From Klebsormidium nitens (taxonomy: Eukaryota > Plantae > Klebsormidiophyceae), in NCBI GenBank assembly GCA_000708835.1, contig DF237139.1, forward strand, positions 62,001 to 126,000: 64,000 nucleotides of DNA. Reading direction: 5' to 3'. The notes beneath the pieces were generated by a model. It saw nothing but the letters and a program-made list of their open reading frames with translations. It had not been told where the DNA came from and did not search any database. The position numbers were made by a program, and so were the translations under genes. Below, in pieces: positions 24,620 to 36,940 of the stretch (positions within the stretch are counted from its first letter, which is position 1; each line of letters begins with the position of its first letter).

Positions 24620-26820
24620 ATGTCTCCACGAGAATCAAAGCCCTCGCGCTCGAGCAGGGGCAAAGATGAGCGGGATGGAAAGAAAAAGAAACGGCACCGC
24701 TCACGAAAAGAAGAATCGAGTAGCTCAACAAGTGACAGCTCCAGCGGAAGTGATAGGGAGAGTTTAGGTACTCGACGCTCTGAAAAGCGCAGGTGGGCAG
24801 CAGATCTTTGCTGGTTGTTGTAAACTGTTTGCAAGTTGTCAGGGGATTGTGAGCATATCGTGAGCAGAAACTTTGGACGTCAAAGTCGATTGCAAGTATC
24901 AGAAGTTTCCTGTCTATACAGCCCAAGATGTTAACAGGTGGAATTGCACCGATGTAGCTGAACTGCACAGAAGCTGCTTTTGGAATTGAGTTGAAACTTC
25001 TGCAGAGTGTGTGCCCTTTCAGGACTCAATGTGCTCATGTTTTTGCACATGGAAGACAAGATTTTGAGACGGCAATGCATTTCTGCAGGCGGCGAGCACA
25101 CTCCTCAAGCAGCTTCTCAGACTCTGAGTCTGACTCAGATTCTGAAACGAGAAGAGGGCATCACAAGAAGTCAAAGATGGGATTCACTGCAGGAGAAAAG
25201 AAGGTGAGGCTCCATGGCAAGGTACACGACGATGTAAGAGTTAGTTGCTTCTTCACTCTGTTTCGGTGAAGCTTGCCCTTCACAATCTGGATCATGTGTG
25301 TTAAAAGTGGACATTTTGACGGTCAAAGTCATTCCCCAGAACGGAAGCACTTTTAAATGTTATTTCCAGTCACAGCCTTAGTCTTTTAGATGTTGGTTCA
25401 GTCAGGGCTTTATTGGTTGGCATGTTTCTCCTGTGACGATTCAGGAGTCAGAAGTGTACGCTGACATTGCATTCCCTTCTCCAGCGGAAGGTAAAATCGT
25501 TCAGAGATGAGGACAGCCCTGAGAGAAAGGTGAGCCACGCCCTCGCCTTCCACCCTCTCTTTCTCCTTGAACTGACAGAACTACTGTCTTAGTTCATCTC
25601 TTGCTGTGACTTTTATGATTCAACATTCTCTTCTTGTGCACTTTGTCATGGGGAATGTGCGTTCAGATAGTGACCATTTCTTGCTCCGTCCTTCAGACTG
25701 AAGCTATCTGATCGTAGGTCATGAGTCATTTGTTTCAGAGGCTGAGATTAAGAAGGTATAGCAACTTGAGGTAGCCCCTTGCTTGGCTGACGCTGCTCTC
25801 TGCCTCTGTGCTGCGGTTTCGAGCGGCTTCCTCCCCTTTCTGTACCCTGTCTGGCCCTTTCTGAGCGGCCTTGAACAGAGAAAGAGCTCTAATTCAAAGA
25901 AGCGCAAGAAGGACAAGGAGGAGAAGCGAGCTAAGAAGCGCAGACACAAGGACAAGGACAAAGACAAGGACGCGGGGCCTGTGCAGCTCTCCAAGGTGTG
26001 GATCTGTGATCCCCTGATCTGACATGAAGCTTTATTCGAGCCTGTCTTCGTGTATAGTAGAACAATTTAGCAGAGTAAACGTTGCTACATAATTGCTTGA
26101 GGTGCTTGTCTGTCAAATCGAAGGTCATGTTGGAGCGAACCGATCCTTCACCATGTCAGGATCTCCGATTGGTTGCTCTGGAACGCAATTTTTGACCACA
26201 TTCTCGAAGCTGATGCTGAACGAATGTGCCTGCAGTTCCTTGGCCGGGAGGATGATGTGCGGCGGAGTGCCATCTCCGGAAAGAAGGTGAGATGTCCTGC
26301 ATGACCACATTAAAGCCTGTCGCAGTTTCTTCACCGGTTTTTCTTTTTGACAGTGTTAGGTTGCCTGGAATGGAGACTATGTAAGCTTGCTATACGGGAC
26401 AGCCGATGCTCGAACTGTCAGTCCAAGGTCCAACTTGAGCTTCTGTGTCGCTGAAGCGGTTCTGATTCCATCGTGTGCTCGAAATCATCCTTTTCTTGGA
26501 TGCGTTTTTACCGTGGGCTGTTTGTCTCGGGCCTGGAAATGTCCGACGCGCTTACCGGGGCTGAATTCTAAAATTGTGGTGCGTCTCCCCAAGAGCGATT
26601 AGTGTTGCAAACGAATCGAAGAAGGCATTGAATTGGGCATTGCGGGAGAGTCAAACGATGGTAATGACATCATTGCATGCGCCTGGCAAGCCACTCATTC
26701 TGATGACGTGTTTGTTGACCTTGTCAGATCCATCTTCACGTTGAGAAGAGCAAGGAAGATGCAATTGCTGAACAGAAGAGGAAAGATTTACTTAAGTTCC
26801 TGAACGAGAGTTACGAGTGA
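24620..26820 (+). CDS. Small Ser/Lys/Arg-rich, probably nuclear protein with conserved C-terminal motif GPVQLSKFLGREDDVRRSAISGKKI...LLKFLNESYE
   Basis: Exons 24620-24792, 25089-25203, 25485-25529 (least certain), 25879-25995, 26236-26286 and 26728-26820, phase-consistent with GT-AG sites. The body is low-complexity S/K/R; the C-terminus resembles a conserved plant family of unknown function. Confidence 0.75.
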
Positions 26821-27029
26821 CAACCACTTACTGAGTCAAAACACCAACCTGAGGGAAGGTTTACGAGGTCAAACCGAGGCGGGTTGATAGGATTGAGCCA
26901 GCCAAGGACGGCTCTGCAACCAGTGCGAGGCAGGAGTGTAAGGTAGTTCTTCTCTGTCAAGGTAGTTGGTTTGAAGCCTACTTGGTGTTTCTCAGTTGCC
27001 AAACCCGAAATCCGTTCGATCATCCGGCG

Positions 27030-27680
27030 GTTAGCATTGGCCTGAGGCGCTCATGCAATGCTAAACGTTCATAAATTGTACTGTCCGGTGTGTTATGTAT
27101 GCACGACTCATAGTGTGTATGTTCGGCGTTTGCATGCAAGAGTCTAGCTACAGTTCGGTGTGAATTTCGTTGATTGGTACATGAACCGCACATACCCACT
27201 TTCATGGCCACTCCCCGCCGAAGACAGCTCGTAGCTAGGAACTGCACTTCATGTTGCAATTACGGCAGTAACAAACCGGCCATGGCACATGCGATATTGC
27301 AACGGCCCGGCCATGCGCTCTACGTCGTGGATTGCCAGTTGAGCCCGTTGAATTGCATAATGTCAACTGAGCTTGCACCCAGGCGCACATGGCTGCGCCA
27401 GCTCTCGCCTGAGTTCGTGGCGACCATGGACTCGGCATAAGCTCGCATGGCGCAGCAGGGGGCATGTGCAAGAAATTTCCATGGGCGAATTTAAGCTAGA
27501 TCAAAGATGCGCATGTGGTGCACAGGCCCATCACATGGCAGCCATGCATTATCCGGCCAACCACAAATGTTGAGAACGAATGGACAAGGGTTTGATGTGC
27601 GCCTTTTGGCGCAGCTAGCGTTGAAGCACGCTCCACGTACGAATACCAATTCGGTCGTATCACATTAACTTGCATGCAGG
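27030..27680. other. CATG/palindrome-rich intergenic island 2 (between convergent SR-like and GluRS genes)
   Basis: About 16 CATG in 27050-27550 by manual count (about 2 expected). Confidence 0.7.
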
Positions 27681-27722
27681 CGACACTGCAACCTTACGAA
27701 TCTACTTTGCTCAGATTACCCC

Positions 27723-30700
27723 TCATTTCTTTGCTGGGGCAGCCTGTTTAGGGTCTTTTTGCCGGCCGTCTGGAATGCTGATCAACATCACCGGCTTCTC
27801 CTTTCGTAAATACGGAACGTCGACGATGTAGTACCCCTTCCGTTCGAGTTGCAACACGTTCCCTTTCTGCAGGTTCCGCATGTTGGCGTCCCCAAGCGCC
27901 GGCGTGTCGCGCCTCGTCACCGGGTTCAGCACGCTCGTGAAGTCGTCTTCTTCCTCCAGCTGTCAAACAAATAAAGTAGACACATGTTCTCAGGAGAAAC
28001 TTAATTACACCGTCTTTGACCCATCGCCCAGCAGAGTGAGTGCTCGCAACCTCTTGACAGCAAGCCCGCTCAAGTCGGAGCTACAAGAAGAGCGAGCAAC
28101 GAACGTTTCTGCTCACCCTGTGATCTTGTCACAAGGTGGAGCACAATCAGTGCAGACCAAAGACCTCGCCTGAATCGGATTCCAAGCTACTAAAACAGGA
28201 TCGAGGATAGAAAGCCATGATGCATATGCCTTGTCAAAGCCCTCTAGTGCGGAGCAAAAGAAGAAGAATAGAGCAATCCTGTACGAACGAACCACCAATT
28301 GACCTTGAGAAGGCCAGAGTAAACACATTGGGTCACGCCTCTGCGGACCACTCTAGACAGCGGACTCAAATGATCAGAGACGCATACTTTCTTGCACGAC
28401 CCTCATTTCCACTCTGGATTAGTGGCTTGCTTCAATTGATGGAGTCAAGCAATCCAGATAATCATGAGGCCAGTTCCGACCAACACCTCTTCCAGAGGGG
28501 CCTGTTCTCACCTTCGGTTTCGTGATGAGGTGATCCAAGTCCACCAGACTCAGCGGCACCAGCTCGCCAATCTCCGGCAGCCACGTCAACTTCAGTTTTG
28601 TCGTTTTCACGCTCCCCTCCAGGTGCAGCTCGCCCGTTAACCCGGTCACTAACCCGGTGTCCGCGTCGGTGTGAATACCCCGGATGAACGCGTTGCCCCA
28701 GTCCATGAGCGTCACTTCTTCGCCCTCTTTGACTGCGGCCGCGTCGGCCTGGTCGAGCCAGATCGCGCGCGTGAACGTGGTCGCCTTTTTGCCGGCGCCG
28801 TCGAACTTTTTGTGGCGGGGGAGGATCTGCAAAGGAGGCGGAGAGATTTCTTTTTGACGACTTACATGATCACGGTAGACCAAAAACGAAACAAAGGTAT
28901 TACAGGTCGTCCCCTTTTTGCCGGCGCTGGCGAACGTTCTGTGGCGGGGGAGGCTCTGGGAGGGGAAGAGCGCAAAGCTGAGAAGCGACAAATAATCTTG
29001 TCAAGGTTTGCTTGAATAATCAGGTCAGACCAAAAACGAAGTAGAGTGTTGAAGGTGGTCGCCTTCTGCTGGCGCCGTCGAGATTCTTGTGGCGGGGGAT
29101 AATCTGACGAAACGGGGCAAAAAGGTGGGAACCGAAGGACAAAATTCCAAGAATGTTTCGTAGCCTCACGATTAAACCAAAAATGACTGACAAAGAGGCC
29201 GAGCGTAAGATATAAGAAAACGGTGGTCGAACTAAACCGCCAGTGCGCTGGTGAGGATTCTGAGCTGATAATTGTAGGAAGTACTCTCAGAGAACTGGAA
29301 AAAAGAAAATACTGGTCGTCATGTGGATAGCAGGGGGCAAAGGTGAGCATGACTACGATTCAATATCAAAAGCATCTCTGCATTGGGGCTTCAAGGAAAA
29401 TGCAAACGTGTCTCTCGTGCTCTGGTTGACGCTAGCAGTCGACGTTGTTGCTGATGGCGGCAGAAGACGTCAGCATAGGTCTCCCAACGCAAACTCAGAA
29501 GAGACGGCCGCTACGCATCTATATTAACGAAGCAGAATACCTCTGCAACTCAAGATAGAAATGGCCTTGCCATCAGCTAAGCAGCACTAAGACTAATCGC
29601 CGTTTCATGCAAAGACTGAAGCCTATAAGAAGACGTGAACTACCATGAGCGGACGCACCTTGACGATAGGCTCTTGCGGCCCGTTGGAGAGCGTGAGCAG
29701 GACCTTGGCTTCCGAGATGACGGCGGTGTGGCGGGGGCAGACGGGGTCGATGATCCGCTTATTGATCGTCCATAGCTTATCCCACTCCATCAGGTTCTGG
29801 TTCTTCGACGCGCCCTGCCCCACCAGACAGTTACTCGGTCAGCAAGCGGCAGCGTTTCGGTAGTTTGCAGGCCTCAGACCCATCAAGGGTAAAGAACTTA
29901 TTGTCCAAAGAACACGGCTTCTAAACAAGTGTGTAGCAAACCGTGCACAACGTAACCGAGGTGACACCAATGTGTAATATGAAAGGAACGCCTTCAATAT
30001 TGGCTTAAGGCGAGCTTGTAGACCCTTCAAAGGACTCAGTAAGCCCGTTTATTTTTTCATCACAACACAAAGTCGGTTCCAGGAGGGGCGGAACCATCTT
30101 CCCGTTCTGACAGGTGTTAGAGGAACCGTTCCAGGCAATTACTGCTTCAATAGTAAAGTGCCCCTCTTCTCGCTTCCGCCAGCTCCGACGTCCGCACCTC
30201 CAGCGGAATCGTTCCCAGTTATTCTGCCCAAACGGGGAACCCTAACTTCCTCCTTTCAAGCCCTTTTCTTACCCCGCCCCACCCGCAGAAAAACAAAGTC
30301 CTCGAGCACCTTCATATACCACAAACCGATCAAACCAACAACCCCCCCCGGCTTTCTCAGTCGTTTGCACCCCCACCTGGGAGAGAACGAACTCCTTCAG
30401 CGCCTTTCTCCCCACAACAACCCAAACACCCTGCCCCACCCCCTCAAACCCTCTCTGAAACCTGCACCCCCCACCTCTGAAACGAACAAAACCACCCCCC
30501 AGCTTTTTCACTCGTTTGCACCCCCCACCTGCGAAAGGATGAACTCCTTGAGCGCCTGCACGGTGAGCCCCCGGCGCAAGATGCCTTGCACGGTGGGGAA
30601 GCGCGGGTCGTCCCACCCCTCCACCTTGCCGTTGTCCACGAACCACTGCAACTTGCGCTTGCTCAGCAGCGTGTACACGAAGTTGAGCCGGCTGAAGTCC

Positions 30701-33700
30701 CACATGTGCACCTTGCGGACGTCCAAGTCGGACAACACCCGGTCGTACTGCAAGTAAACGATGGGTTATCTCGTTGAGACGCCCTTTAGAAACAACTCGG
30801 ACGATATTGAGGATGTTCCGGACGGCTTTTCAAAGGATCCGGACGCCGATAAAAGAAAGCCGCTGCTCAGCAAAGTCTACAAGAAGTTGAGCAGGCTGAT
30901 GGCCCAGACCTGCATCTTCCGGACGCCATGATCGGACAGGACCCGGTCCTACTGCTGGGGCAAAGTTTCGGACGTTTTCCTTTTGAAATGTTCAAAGGTA
31001 GTTTGTTTTTGTTGAAAATGTTTCGGACGGTTTCCACAGGATTTAGACGTCGACAGAAGAGTTTGGCTACTCTGAGCGTATACACGAAGTCGAGCCGGGC
31101 TGAAGGTCCCACATGCGCACTTACGGACGCCCAAATCAGACAGGACCCGGTCGTACTGCAGGAATGATTTTCGATCGATTTCCAGTGTGATCCGGACGCT
31201 CGAGGAACATTTTCGTTGGAGAGTGACTTTTGACGTCCACTATTTGCTCAGCAGTGTGTACACCAAGTTGAACCGGCAACCAAAATTGGACAAGCCTGGT
31301 CGTAATGCAAATGCAAGACTCCAAAGTTCTCAGGGATCTTTATGGCCAGGGAGCTGCGACGGAAGGTCCTTCAAACGATGAGAGAACTCTCCAGTCTACC
31401 TTGAATACCCGCGACGTCGTTGGCAACCGTGATTGCTTCGGAGTTTTTTGAGGTCGCTTTGATAAGAATCAATCGGCTGAACAGAGTACGCGGATACTGC
31501 ACAGATGATTCTCGTAAGACTTCTATCAATTCTGGGTATCAGCCGCCTGGATACCCTTCCGGGCGTTTCAAACTTCTTGTGTGCAGAATTCGGGTTAAGA
31601 TACCGGTTTCGCTTACCAGCTCGTTCCGATCGTGGTACTCGCTCGAGCGCAGCGCGTGTGTCACCCCCTCTATGCTGTCGACGTACGGGCAGGCGAAGTC
31701 GTATGTCGGGTACGCCTGGATAACGTCAGCAGAAGCGTCAGCACTAACTTTAGTGTCAGAAACAGCAAGGATGGATGTCGAAAGGGACATGATGTGTGTC
31801 TGTCAAGTTGCAGAAAAAGTCAAATTTTCCTGGTGGCAGGGATCTCCCTATCGATCTTTCGCTAGACGATCTTTTTCCAGAAAAGAGTGTAGATCTTTTC
31901 CTAGCGTTAGCGCGATTCAGCCATCTTATCGTAGATCGAAGAAGACATCTCTACGGTGAAGCAAACTGTTAGTCCTTTGGAATCAGCCAGATGAAACAAC
32001 ACAGCGGTAAGCGGACTACATATATGCGAACCTTTTGAGTCCGGCTTGCTTTCCCACTCTCCAGAAAACCCAAAACCTGAACGCCGCCAAAACCCCAAAT
32101 GGCAAGATTCCGAAACCAGAAAGAACCGGAAACCCACCTTGTATTTTGTTCCGACCCGGTGATGCGGCATGGGGTTGCAGCGGTAGTACACCGGATACCA
32201 CATTGCCTCGTTGGCGCCTGCATGTCCGGCTTGCTTCGTACGAAGCCTTCCAAAAAAGATAGAGAATATCACACTCTCCAGCCTGCCAGACCGTGTTACA
32301 ACGATACCCCGAAACACCAGAGACCGAAACCTCAAAAATATACCCGAACTCACCATGTACTTCGTTCCGACCCTGTGATGCGGCATGGGGTTGCAGCGGT
32401 AGTACACCGGGTCGCGCATCGCCTTGTTGGCGGCCTGCATGTCGAGCTTCCCGCGCACGCAGCACTTCTTGCCCTCCTCCGTGCCCTTGAGCATCTCCGC
32501 CCACATGGCCAGGTTCTTCTCCACGCTGTTGTCGCGGTTCACGCTGTTGTCGCCCACCATGCGCTCTGCAAAAGACTTTGGGAGTTTAGCGTCGAAAACT
32601 TGGGCTTGAAAAAAGAGGGGAGGGTAGTGGGTTCAAGGGAACAGCGTTGTTGTCGCGATTCACGGTGTTCTCGCCAACCATGCGCTCTGCGGAAGGAATA
32701 TCGACCAATCCCGTAGGAGTTCAGTGTCGGAAATTTGCGCTCAAAAGATCAGGAGCGTAGTGAATAAATGGAAGTTCTGCTGAACGCTGTTGTCGCGGTT
32801 CACGCTGTTCTTGCCAACTGTGCGCTCTGCAAACGATCCTCGCGGTCATGAGGTTTGGAGTTTTGTTGGAGGAATCATTCTTTGGGGGTTCAAATTAAGG
32901 TAAACGAGGTTGATGATATCTGCATGGGTGCATGACGATGCCTAGTCTAGGAATGAAGAACATAGGCAGCGGAGGGCCTTGTGTTCCGGTAATGACGCTC
33001 CTGGAACGCTGACTCAGCAGGCTTGGCAATCTGATGGCCCTTCCGTTGAAGACCCAAACAACAGTCGCGTACTGCAAAGCAGCAGAGACAGAACCCGAAG
33101 CGCGACAACTTTTAACACCAGGGCAAAGAGGACTGTAACGCTATCATTCCTGCCGAAACGCCGCTCACCCGCGCGCATCTTCTCCTGCGGCGTGTCATCC
33201 ACATACGCCTTCCCTTCGCGTATCATCCGCTCGCACTCCTTCTGCAGCTGCTCGAAGTAGTTGCTCGTATACGTGACCGGCCCGTCTCCCTTCACTCCCA
33301 ACGTTTGAAGATCCGTCAGAATGTTCTGGACGAAGTCCTCCTTCTCTTTGCTGGGGTTCGTGTCGTCGAAGCGGATGATGAGTCGGCCCTTGTACTTGGT
33401 TGCGAAGTACTGGTTGAGGAGCGCGGCTTTAGCGTGCCCGATGTGGAGGTAGCCGCTCGGTTCGGGCGGGAAACGGGTTACGACCTGCAGGTTTAGATTA
33501 GGGTCGAGGTTGGAAGGGTGAATCAATTCAGTTTTGAATGTTGTGGACTGAGTACGGAAGCTCAGAACTTGGTGATAAAAAGCAGAAACGAACTATGTGT
33601 AGTAAGTGGTCTTTTTTGACAGATCGGAGTCGAGCATAACCACTCATGCCTGGCCGCCTGAGCGCAAAATGGACAACAACCTGCGGGAGGTATAAAGAAG

Positions 33701-35770
33701 CTTCGATCAAGCAGGCACTATATCGGATTCCGAAACGGCAACGAGCTACGCTCCTGTTGAATGAGAGTTAGGCATATCCCGCTCACTAAAACGAAAACGA
33801 AGAGACCGCTGGGCTTGCATGGGTATCGCGGCATGATAGCAGAGTTTTCCCAAGCATAGATCGTGGGCCTCCGTGTCTGGTATCAGATGGTGGTTCAGTT
33901 TAAAGCACGAAACTGCAAACGAGGGACCTCGGATGAAAGTGGAGACAGCCGTTTGGCTCAGGACAAACACGAATCACATTCTGTGGAGGTCTCCGAAATG
34001 GACACAAAACCAGGGCAAAAATTTCAGGAGAAATGTCCACATCAAATCGAGGAGTTGTGCCCAACGCTCACCTTCCCTTCGGCAGCGTCCGGCAAATTGA
34101 CGTCAAACGAGCCCTCGTCCTTTGCCGCTTCCGCTTTGCCGCTCCCCTTTCCTGCTTCGGCCCCCTTCTTGTCGCTCGCTGGGGCCCCCTTGACCTCGCC
34201 CCCCCGAGGCTTCGGCCCATATTCTGCCGCGACTAGTTGCAATTCCGCAACTGTCCCGAGAGCGGTTGAGAACCAGCGGGAAAGGTTTGGAAACTTGGTC
34301 GTGGAGCGCAGTAGGGCCTCCCATCGCTTTCCGGCAGCTGCAAAGTGAGGGCATTGATTGGCGGTAACATACTTGCTTCACTAATCTGGATTGATTCATT
34401 TCTCCACCGTAACTTGCATACGCAAATCCCAAACAAAGAAGAGGTCGGTAAGCCCTATACGAAAGGCTTCGTATTGCCTGCCATTTGCTGGTGAGATTTC
34501 CGTCAGACAAATGTTCTGCTCCTTCTGAACCAAACCACACTTCGGCACTGGTATGGAATGTCCAAAAAACGATACAAATGGTTAACATAGCCTTCCAAAA
34601 GTGGAATGGAGAGCTGGAGTTTTCGTCCAGAGTGCTTCCACTATATGCCTACTTACATAATTGTACTGTAGCGACAAGCGTTGCTTATATTCCGCCCTCG
34701 ACGTCTGACCTATTATGAGCATCCTCATATCTTTGACACTCCCCTCATGTCGGCACCTCAAAACCATCACAACGTCCAACTTCAAAAGCGAGCCAGCCAG
34801 AAATAACACCCACCTTGCAGCTGGGCCCAAACCGCGATGTCCGCGATCGTCAACTGATACCCCGCCAGAAACGTTCTCAGCTCCAAGAAACTGTCAATGT
34901 AAGCACACGTCCGCTCGAACTCGGCGCCGATCGCCAGCGTCGGGGCATAGTCCACCCACTCATCGACCTCCCCAGCTGAGGCGGCATCGACGCCATAGAA
35001 ACCGACAGCCTTGCTGGCGCGCCCGATGTAGCGAAGCAGAGTTGCAGTGCCTCGTAGCTGGTCCCTGGTTTTTGGGAAGAGTAAGGTCTGAGTTTGCATG
35101 ATTCTCAGCGGTCTTTGAAAATGGTATGCGCGAAGAAAAGATGCAGAAGAATTGACGCTGAACAAGTTCGGGAAGGAAGTTGCTGGAAGGAACAATGTAA
35201 AGATGACAAATGGCAGCGCCGCAAAACTCATCTGGTGCTGACAGTCGCAGCAAAGCTGTCGATTTATCTGCTTTCTCGAATTGTAATCCTCGCAAAAGGC
35301 CCAATCCACCACCACTTCGATGCCGTGAAGCATTACAGAAATCTTGCCACTAAAAGCACGGGATAATAGATTTCAGAGAGCCGACAAACAGCAATAAAAC
35401 TTTTGTCAACCAGAAGTTTTATGTCAAAATTGCAACACCCGTGATATCTCACCCTTCTTAGCAACAATCAAGGAAAGTCAGCGGTGGCAAATTAAAGCCC
35501 AAAGCTAACTTGCCTTTGCCTCCAGATTGGAGGCAGACCGTTTCCAGCTTGACAATTGTGATCTCCCATGCTAAGCCGGATCAAGAAAAGAGATTGCTGA
35601 TTGGTGAAACATAACACCACCCCTCACCCGTTTGCGAAAGTCAGGACCGGCGCCGCTGCCTTGTCTGCAGACTGGTCTGGCTTGGGGGCTAGATCCACGT
35701 GGCCAACTTTTGCAGCAGCCAGAAGGGCAAGCGGGGGCGCGCTCGCAGGAAAGGAAAGCGTCGCCATCAT
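27723..35770 (-). CDS. GluRS: Cytosolic glutamyl-tRNA synthetase (class I, N-terminal GST-like domain)
   Basis: Exons 35770-35628, 35064-34814, 34337-34072, 33484-33169, 32565-32354, 31715-31617, 30747-30529, 29814-29659, 28826-28512 and 27959-27723 (~737 aa). Motifs: [19 protein letters not shown] (HIGH), [25 protein letters not shown]-equivalent [32 protein letters not shown]. Confidence 0.97.
30748..31340 (-). repeat. Tandem array of decayed acceptor plus exon-start copies in a GluRS intron
   Basis: Copies of cag|TACGACCGGGT... start at 30951, 31155 and about 31304; the true exon starts at 30747. Spacing is 204, 204 and about 149 nt. Confidence 0.85.
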
Positions 35771-36940
35771 GGCATTGGTGGCGTTGCCAATGCTCGTCTT
35801 CTGCTGCACTGAAGACTGAAGTTGAAGTACCGTACTTCATCTGCAGGAGCCCGAGGGTTGATTTCGTATTTCCGGCGCGGAACCGGAGGATAAGACCGGA
35901 ACGTAAGGCGGAACCCCGAACCTTGAAACCCTCCAGGGCGGAAGTTGAAGCATTCAAACGCGCGGCCGCGCCGCACGTACACCGCGCCGCGCGAACGTAC
36001 GTACGTGCCCCGGCCGAATCCTTGTCTTGTAAGACAGTCTTACACTGACTTACACACTTACACAGGTCTCTCACAAAGTGGCGACAGTCTGAAGTCAACT
36101 CTCTACTAGCTGTGCCGCCACTGCCAGACGTCACCGAGGCTGAGAGCCCGTTCTGTCTTTCTTAAGATGGTGAAGGTGGCATGGTTGTCATCCACAAGTC
36201 CAGCACTACTAGGAGTAGGACGAGCAGGAAATATTCAGATCGAGCACAAGTGTGTGTCTTCTGGCTGGGCCGCGAAGCAGCACGGCAGCTGTGAGTGCAT
36301 ACTTTTGTTTGTGGCCCATGATTATGGATATGGATCCAATAGCCTCAATAGGGTAGCTGAGTAATTGTATAACCAAGTAGACTGCCAGTAAGACGCTTCT
36401 TGGCCGGTGAACCTGTGCGCATGCTTTCCCCGTCATTCTCAGGTCTCCGTTTGCTGATGTCTGCTCACGTCAGTGGTTGTCAGCTGCATGGTGTGCTGTC
36501 TTTGCCTCATCTATGTGAGGTTTGGATTGGGACAGATTTGAGAATCAATATGTGGTTGGCGTGCCCTTTCCCTGGCATCTGGTCCACTCACGGATTTTAG
36601 TGTGCGCTCTTGCTTCTCAAGTTATTCAGCGTCTTACCATAATCTGTTGCTTGGTGCTGCAGTTGTCGTCGCCAGTTCAAAGGATCGTCAGGAGGAGAAG
36701 AACTTGTCAAGGAAGAGTAAGTCCTCCACCTGATATTTTAGAAGCATACAAGAGAAGCTTCTGTTCTGTTTTGATAGGTTTGTCAACGTATCAATGGACT
36801 TTAGTGACAGTGCTCAAGGCAATCCTGTAATCATCTCAGATCGACCACCTCAGATCGAAGCCTCGATTGTAACTGAGCACCCCAACCAATCGGGTCTCGG
36901 ATCCGAAGCAGCTCTCAACGTTGAATAAGCAGGTCCAAGT

